This document shows positions 27,088-32,000 of a DNA stretch of 32,000 bases, one piece after another. Origin of the DNA: an uncultured Roseivirgaceae bacterium. Its GTDB lineage: Bacteria > Bacteroidota > Bacteroidia > Cytophagales > Cyclobacteriaceae. The stretch lies in NCBI GenBank assembly GCA_964440915.1, contig CAYTTV010000009.1, positions 50,735-82,734 on the forward strand, read 5' to 3'. A program made the translations under genes and the position numbers. Below the pieces are notes generated by a model. The model was not told the origin of the DNA, did not search any database, and was given only the letters and a program-made list of their open reading frames with translations. Position 1 is the first letter of the stretch, and the number at the start of each line of letters is the position of its first letter.

Positions 27088-27936
27088 CTATAAAATAATC
27101 GATATATTATCTATTAATCTAATATCTCCCAGATAGGCCGCAACGCAGAGAAATACTTCTCCTTTTGGAGGTGAATGATTGATAATGTCCAGTGAATCGC
27201 CGTCGGCCACCTCGAAATATTCCAGTTTAAAATCTTTGTCATCCAAAAATAGTTCCTTGACAAAGGTTTTTATTTCTTCAACCGACTTGCCTTTCTTTAA
27301 TAGTTCACCTGATTGAACCAAAGCTTTGTATATTAAAGAGGCTTTTTTGCGTAAAATGGGGGACAGCCGAAGGTTGCGGGAAGATAAGGCCAGGCCGTCA
27401 AGCTCTCGTAGAGTAGGGACTCGTATAAGCTCTACTGGGAAAGATAAATCCTTTGTCAATTGCTTGACGATAAAGTACTGTTGTATGTCTTTTTGTCCAA
27501 AATAAGCTTTGTCGGGGGTTACTATGTTCAACAACTTGCTGACAATTATTCCCACGCCATTAAAGTGGCCATTGCGAAACTTGCCCTCCATGGTTTTCTC
27601 CAAGTTGCCAAAATGGAATTGCAACACTGGGGTTTCGGGATACATCTCCTCATTTTTAGGGGCGAAAAGAACGTCACAACCTTCCTTTTCCAATAAGGCC
27701 ATGTCCTCATCCAATCGACGAGGATAGTTCGTCAGGTCGCTCTGATTGTTGAATTGAGTAGGATTGACATATATGCTGCAGACGGTAATGTCGTTTTCTT
27801 TTTGCGAAGCTCTGATAAGATTAATATGCCCTTCATGCAATGCTCCCATTGTAGGAACTAATCCAATGGAATTAAGGTTTATTCTATGTTTTGTGATATA
27901 TTGCTGTATGCCAGCAACATCCCTAAAAACCTCCAT
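27088..27936 (-). CDS. panC: Pantoate--beta-alanine ligase (pantothenate synthetase)
   Basis: VPTMGALHEGHINLI (HIGH-type motif), YFGQKDIQQ and LALSSRN. Confidence 0.96.
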   Translation of the reverse strand: MEVFRDVAGIQQYITKHRINLNSIGLVPTMGALHEGHINLIRASQKENDITVCSIYVNPTQFNNQSDLTNYPRRLDEDMALLEKEGCDVLFAPKNEEMYPETPVLQFHFGNLEKTMEGKFRNGHFNGVGIIVSKLLNIVTPDKAYFGQKDIQQYFIVKQLTKDLSFPVELIRVPTLRELDGLALSSRNLRLSPILRKKASLIYKALVQSGELLKKGKSVEEIKTFVKELFLDDKDFKLEYFEVADGDSLDIINHSPPKGEVFLCVAAYLGDIRLIDNISIIL

Positions 27937-27965
27937 AAAAGCCCAAAGTAATGAGTATGAAGCGG

Positions 27966-27973
27966 CAAAACTA
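27966..27973 (-). promoter_or_regulatory. Bacteroidetes -7 box (TAGTTTTG on the minus strand) for panC
   Basis: Forward caaaacta reverse-complements to TAGTTTTG. It lies about 30 nt upstream of the panC ATG at 27936. Confidence 0.45.
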
Positions 27974-28016
27974 CGCTTTTGAAAAACAATAATCTTGAAA
28001 TTAGAGAAAAATTTTG

Positions 28017-28024
28017 TAAATTTG
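28017..28024 (+). promoter_or_regulatory. Bacteroidetes -7 box TAAATTTG for the glycogen-synthase-like gene
   Basis: Exact TAnnTTTG match, with a TTG at 27995-27997 giving a 19-nt spacer. It lies 41 nt upstream of the ATG at 28065. Confidence 0.5.
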
Positions 28025-28064
28025 TAGTCCCGTTTAGTGTCTAAAATATAAATCAGTTAAAAAT

Positions 28065-28877
28065 ATGTCAAAACTTCGAATACTTTATGTGGCAAGTGAA
28101 ATCAATCCTTTCCTACAAACTTCTAAAGTAGCAGATTTTGTAAGGAAACTACCGCAGGCTATGCAGGAAAGAGGCATGGAGATAAGGATATTGGTGCCAC
28201 GGTTTGGGTTGATCAATGAAAGAAAGAATAGATTGCATGAAGTAGTCAGGTTATCTGGGATCAATATAGCAGTTGGAGATGAGGAAAAACCATTAGTGAT
28301 TAAGGTGGCCTCTATTCCTAATGCGAAATTGCAAGTATACTTTATTGATAATGAAGATTATTTTCACCGTAAGTCCGTTTTCTTCGACAAAGAAAACAAT
28401 TTCTATGAAGATAATGATGAAAGGGCGATATTCTTTTGCAAAGGTGTAATAGAAACTGTGAAAAAACTTGGATGGGCTCCGGATATCGTGCATTGCAACG
28501 ATTGGATGACTAGTTTAATCCCTATGTACTTGAAGACAACTTACAAGAACGATCCTATGTTCAAAGAAACGAAAACAGTATTTACTATATACGACAACTT
28601 CTTTGCCCATAAGTTCAACAACGACCTTATCGATAAAGTGAAAATGATCGATATCGAGGATAGCATGCTTAATCATCTTAAATCAGCAGATTTTGAAGGC
28701 TTCATCAAGCTGGGTGCCGAGTATTCTGATGCCGTGATTAAAGCAGACGATGAGTTTGATACAGCACTCCATGCATTGGTAGAAGACTTATCAAAAGATA
28801 AGAAGATCGACACAATCGAGAAAGACGAAAACTTTTTAGACTCTTATTATAACCTATATAATGAACTTGTTGGATAG
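28065..28877 (+). CDS. Glycogen/starch-synthase N-terminal-domain homolog (half-size, Glyco_transf_5 only)
   Basis: LRILYVASEINPF...PQAMQERGMEIRILVPRFG resembles the GlgA N-terminus. The protein is only 270 aa, and the KTGGL motif position reads QTSKV. Confidence 0.8.
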   Translation: MSKLRILYVASEINPFLQTSKVADFVRKLPQAMQERGMEIRILVPRFGLINERKNRLHEVVRLSGINIAVGDEEKPLVIKVASIPNAKLQVYFIDNEDYFHRKSVFFDKENNFYEDNDERAIFFCKGVIETVKKLGWAPDIVHCNDWMTSLIPMYLKTTYKNDPMFKETKTVFTIYDNFFAHKFNNDLIDKVKMIDIEDSMLNHLKSADFEGFIKLGAEYSDAVIKADDEFDTALHALVEDLSKDKKIDTIEKDENFLDSYYNLYNELVG

Positions 28878-30141
28878 AAGCGCTGGAGTATTCGTATTGT
28901 TGTTTCTTATTCTAATGTCGTGTGAGGAACCCAATGAAATAGGTCTTACTTTGAACCCTGCCGATGAGGTAGGGGTCTATTATGCAGAACTCCCGATTGA
29001 AGCGAGCATGGTCTTTATAGACTCCATCGCTACTTCTAATGTATCTACATTGCTTTCGGGAGCTCAAGCTTATCCAGATTTGGGTACGATTGAAGCAGTA
29101 GCCTATACACAAGTGGCATATAATGCCAGCGCCCTCAATACAGAGGCGATTTTAGATTCCTTGGTTTTACAGCTCCGCCCCGCTTATTTCTATGGGGCAG
29201 ATACCAACCAAGTGCAAAGGTTTAATGTACACAGAATTTTGGAAGGAGAGTCGCTATATCGCGACTCTACCTACTTTAGTTCAAACTTTACCTCGTACGG
29301 AGAGGCAGTTCTTGGTTCATCAGACTTTGTTTATGGTACCAAAGATGATACGGCCACGGTTTACCAGGAAGACTTAATAAACATTGTTTTAGACCCTGCT
29401 TTCGCACAGGATCTATTTGCAAAATTAAAAGCTAAGGCATTTGATTCGACAGAGGTGTTTTATAAGTACCTTTCTGGCTTTGCCATCGTAGCCGATCAAC
29501 AGAATAATGCCATGGTGGGATTTGACCTCAGCACTGGAAACTCGCGGCTTGTTTTGCACTATCATACAGCTTCAGATACGTCGGTTTTCAATTTTAACAT
29601 AACCAACACAGTTCCTCATTACACCTACATCAAGGCAGATTACTCAGCGGCAATTCCTGATGTAGAGAATTATAAGGAGTTTACTGCCAATAATGGATTA
29701 GTCTATGGTCAGGCAGGCATAGGGCTGCTGCCCAAGTTAAAGTTTGACGCCTTCAAAAATTTTACGGATACTGTTGGAGCATTTGTGCTCAATAGTGCCA
29801 CGATAGATTGGGGTACTATTAACAATATCCATGAACAGCTTCCCCCACCCGCTAAGTTATATATGTACCTTACCGATGAAGATAACCTATACCGAGGGAA
29901 TCTGAATTCAGGTTTTCAAAGTACCACACCATTAGATTTCAATTATTTTGCCTATGGTAAGGAGTATATAACTCCAAACAATAGCAACCTGTCAGATTAT
30001 TTTACAATGCTAAAGGAAGGTCATCAAAAATGGGATGAGGTTTTAGTTTATTCTGCTGCAAATAGCTCCAGTGTAAATATCTTCTCCTTTGATCCATCAC
30101 AGGCCAAACTTAAATTGTACTATACCAAACTTAAAAACTAG
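28861..30141 (+). CDS. DUF4270-family lipoprotein
   Basis: Lipoprotein signal with lipobox (FLILMSCEEP). Its size and its position between the glgA-like gene and glmS match the DUF4270 neighbourhood I recall. The start overlaps the upstream gene by 17 nt. Confidence 0.7.
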   Translation: MNLLDRSAGVFVLLFLILMSCEEPNEIGLTLNPADEVGVYYAELPIEASMVFIDSIATSNVSTLLSGAQAYPDLGTIEAVAYTQVAYNASALNTEAILDSLVLQLRPAYFYGADTNQVQRFNVHRILEGESLYRDSTYFSSNFTSYGEAVLGSSDFVYGTKDDTATVYQEDLINIVLDPAFAQDLFAKLKAKAFDSTEVFYKYLSGFAIVADQQNNAMVGFDLSTGNSRLVLHYHTASDTSVFNFNITNTVPHYTYIKADYSAAIPDVENYKEFTANNGLVYGQAGIGLLPKLKFDAFKNFTDTVGAFVLNSATIDWGTINNIHEQLPPPAKLYMYLTDEDNLYRGNLNSGFQSTTPLDFNYFAYGKEYITPNNSNLSDYFTMLKEGHQKWDEVLVYSAANSSSVNIFSFDPSQAKLKLYYTKLKN

Positions 30142-30158
30142 TTATTAAATTTTAAAGT

Positions 30159-32000
30159 ATGTGCGGAATCATTGGATATGTAGGGTCGCAGCAGGCCTAT
30201 TCTATCATTATAAAAGGCTTAAAGCGCTTAGAGTATCGGGGCTACGATAGTGCCGGGATAGCATTAATGGACGATGGGCTTAATGTTTACAAAAAGAAAG
30301 GAAGAGTATCTGAGTTAGAGAATTATCTGCAAGAGGAAAAGAAAGGTTTACAAAGCACGATCGGTATGGGACATACCCGATGGGCCACTCATGGAGAGCC
30401 CAATGATGTAAATGCTCACCCTCATTATTCGTCTAATGGCGAATTAGCTTTAATTCATAATGGTATCATTGAAAACTATGGTTCCATTAAACAGGATCTT
30501 ATCAATAAAGGGCATCAGTTTTTAAGTGAAACCGACTCTGAGGTCTTCATCCATTTCATTGAAGATATTCAACAGAACGAACAATGTTCTTTGGTAGAAG
30601 CAGTAAGGCTTGCGTTGAGCAAAGTTGTTGGCGCTTATGCTATTGTGATCATGTCACAAAAGGATCCCAATACGTTAATAGCGGCTAGAAAGGGAAGTCC
30701 ATTGGTGATTGGTATTGGTAAAAACGAATTTTTCCTCGCATCTGATGCTACGCCAATCATAGAGTATACCAATGAAGTGGTATACTTAAATGACTATGAA
30801 ATAGCGGAAATAACGCCTTTTGATCTAAAGATCAAAAACACTCAGGATATTCCTATGAGTCCTTACATCCAGACATTAGACTTGGAGTTGGAGGCGATAG
30901 AAAAGGGGGGGTATGAGCATTTTATGTTAAAAGAAATTTTTGAGCAGCCTCGTTCTATCAGCGACTGTATGCGAGGCAGGCTCAATGCTTCTAAAGGTCA
31001 CTTGCTGCTTGGTGGAATTAGGCAATATGCAGATAAGCTTAATAATGCGGAGAGGATTATTATTGTCGGATGTGGCACTTCATGGCATTCTGGTTTAGTA
31101 GCGGAGTATATATTTGAAGAGCTGTGTAGGATACCCGTAGAGGTTGAATATGCCTCTGAGTTTCGTTATAGAAACCCAGTGATTAAGGAAGGTGACGTTG
31201 TTATCGCCATATCTCAATCTGGTGAAACCGCGGATACATTAGCCGCAATAGAACTGGCAAAGTCTAAGGGAGCGATAATATTCGGTGTTTGTAATGTTGT
31301 GGGTTCTTCTATTGCCCGTGCTTCACATGAAGGTGCCTATACACACGCAGGACCCGAGATAGGGGTGGCCAGCACAAAGGCATTTACAGCACAGCTTGTC
31401 GTATTAACCATGATGGCCATTCAAATGGCAAAGAAGAGAGGTACGATTACCGAAGGGAAGTATATGGAGTTGCTAGTGGAGTTGGAAAATATCCCAGCAA
31501 AAGTTGAAAAAGCACTAGCGCTTAACGACAAGATCGAGTTTATAGCGAAGCTGTTTAAAGACGCGCGAAACTTCCTTTATCTAGGACGTGGCTATAATTT
31601 CCCTGTAGCTTTGGAAGGCGCGCTTAAGTTGAAAGAAATTTCTTATATCCATGCAGAAGGATATCCTGCGGCAGAAATGAAGCATGGCCCTATTGCCTTG
31701 ATCGATGAAGAAATGCCTGTAGTATTCATTGCTACGCATGACGATTCATACGAAAAGGTTATTTCCAATATTCAAGAAGTAAGGGCAAGAAAGGGAAAAG
31801 TGATCGCTGTAGTAACCGAAGGCGATACCGTAATTCCAAAAATGGCCGAGTTCGTGATAGAGGTGCCTTCGACCAACCAGGCTTTGATGCCGTTGGTGTC
31901 TGTAGTGCCATTGCAGCTTCTATCTTATCATATTGCAGTATTAAGAGGTTGCAACGTGGACCAACCGAGAAACTTGGCGAAGTCCGTAACAGTAGAATAG
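30159..32000 (+). CDS. glmS: Glutamine--fructose-6-phosphate aminotransferase (isomerizing)
   Basis: N-terminal nucleophile MCGIIGY, two SIS domains (GCGTSWHSG, SQSGETADT) and the C-terminal KSVTVE. The stop codon is the last three nt of the window. Confidence 0.98.
   Translation: MCGIIGYVGSQQAYSIIIKGLKRLEYRGYDSAGIALMDDGLNVYKKKGRVSELENYLQEEKKGLQSTIGMGHTRWATHGEPNDVNAHPHYSSNGELALIHNGIIENYGSIKQDLINKGHQFLSETDSEVFIHFIEDIQQNEQCSLVEAVRLALSKVVGAYAIVIMSQKDPNTLIAARKGSPLVIGIGKNEFFLASDATPIIEYTNEVVYLNDYEIAEITPFDLKIKNTQDIPMSPYIQTLDLELEAIEKGGYEHFMLKEIFEQPRSISDCMRGRLNASKGHLLLGGIRQYADKLNNAERIIIVGCGTSWHSGLVAEYIFEELCRIPVEVEYASEFRYRNPVIKEGDVVIAISQSGETADTLAAIELAKSKGAIIFGVCNVVGSSIARASHEGAYTHAGPEIGVASTKAFTAQLVVLTMMAIQMAKKRGTITEGKYMELLVELENIPAKVEKALALNDKIEFIAKLFKDARNFLYLGRGYNFPVALEGALKLKEISYIHAEGYPAAEMKHGPIALIDEEMPVVFIATHDDSYEKVISNIQEVRARKGKVIAVVTEGDTVIPKMAEFVIEVPSTNQALMPLVSVVPLQLLSYHIAVLRGCNVDQPRNLAKSVTVE

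Noticed and set aside
30142-30158. Looked for a glmS ribozyme/riboswitch upstream of glmS.
   Set aside because: Only 17 nt separate the DUF4270 stop from the glmS ATG, so there is no room for the ~170-nt ribozyme. The preceding sequence is coding.
1-32000. Scanned for CRISPR-like regularly spaced repeats, tRNA/rRNA/tmRNA/RNase P/SRP signatures, transposase or integrase genes, terminal inverted repeats, and defence or toxin-antitoxin gene pairs.
   Set aside because: None found by eye. All ORFs above about 100 aa are accounted for by housekeeping or common Bacteroidota families. No direct-repeat array or mobile-element boundary is visible. A computational repeat scan and tRNAscan/Infernal run would be needed to make this exhaustive.

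Overview
This window looks like an ordinary, densely packed chromosomal housekeeping region from a Bacteroidota genome (Cytophagia- or Flavobacteriia-like). The lineage call rests on four things. Several genes are preceded by the Bacteroidetes -7 promoter box TAnnTTTG. There are no obvious Shine-Dalgarno sites. Lineage-typical genes are present (DUF4270 lipoprotein, half-size glycogen-synthase homolog, GGGPS homolog, patatin-Omp85 fusion). The panC / glgA-like / DUF4270 / glmS order is one I recall as typical of this phylum. I call 30 protein-coding genes. They cover cell envelope (PBP1A, M23 peptidase, TonB-dependent receptor, GlmS), DNA repair (RadA), tRNA editing (TadA) and cofactor synthesis (PdxJ, PanC, PanD). 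There is also a compact oxidative-stress cluster (Mn-type SOD, AhpD, AhpC, divergent OxyR, DinB/YfiT-like protein), a few small membrane proteins and a few proteins of unknown function. I found no rRNA or tRNA gene, CRISPR array, transposase, integrase, phage module, or recognisable defence or toxin-antitoxin system. I cannot honestly claim a clear novel multi-gene system here. The most unexplained signal is a roughly 140-150 nt GC-rich island (about 53% GC by hand count, flanked by 18-28% GC DNA). It sits in the 357-nt non-coding gap between the DinB-like gene and pdxJ. It can be drawn as an imperfect rod-like hairpin and matches no riboswitch class I recognise. Secondary points are candidate OxyR boxes overlapping a probably leaderless oxyR promoter, a type Vd-like patatin/Omp85 fusion, and a GGGPS gene coupled to small membrane proteins. 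Two more are a glycogen-synthase N-terminal-half homolog lacking the KTGGL motif coupled to a DUF4270 lipoprotein, and a tight panC-panD-UPF0104-cytidylyltransferase gene string.
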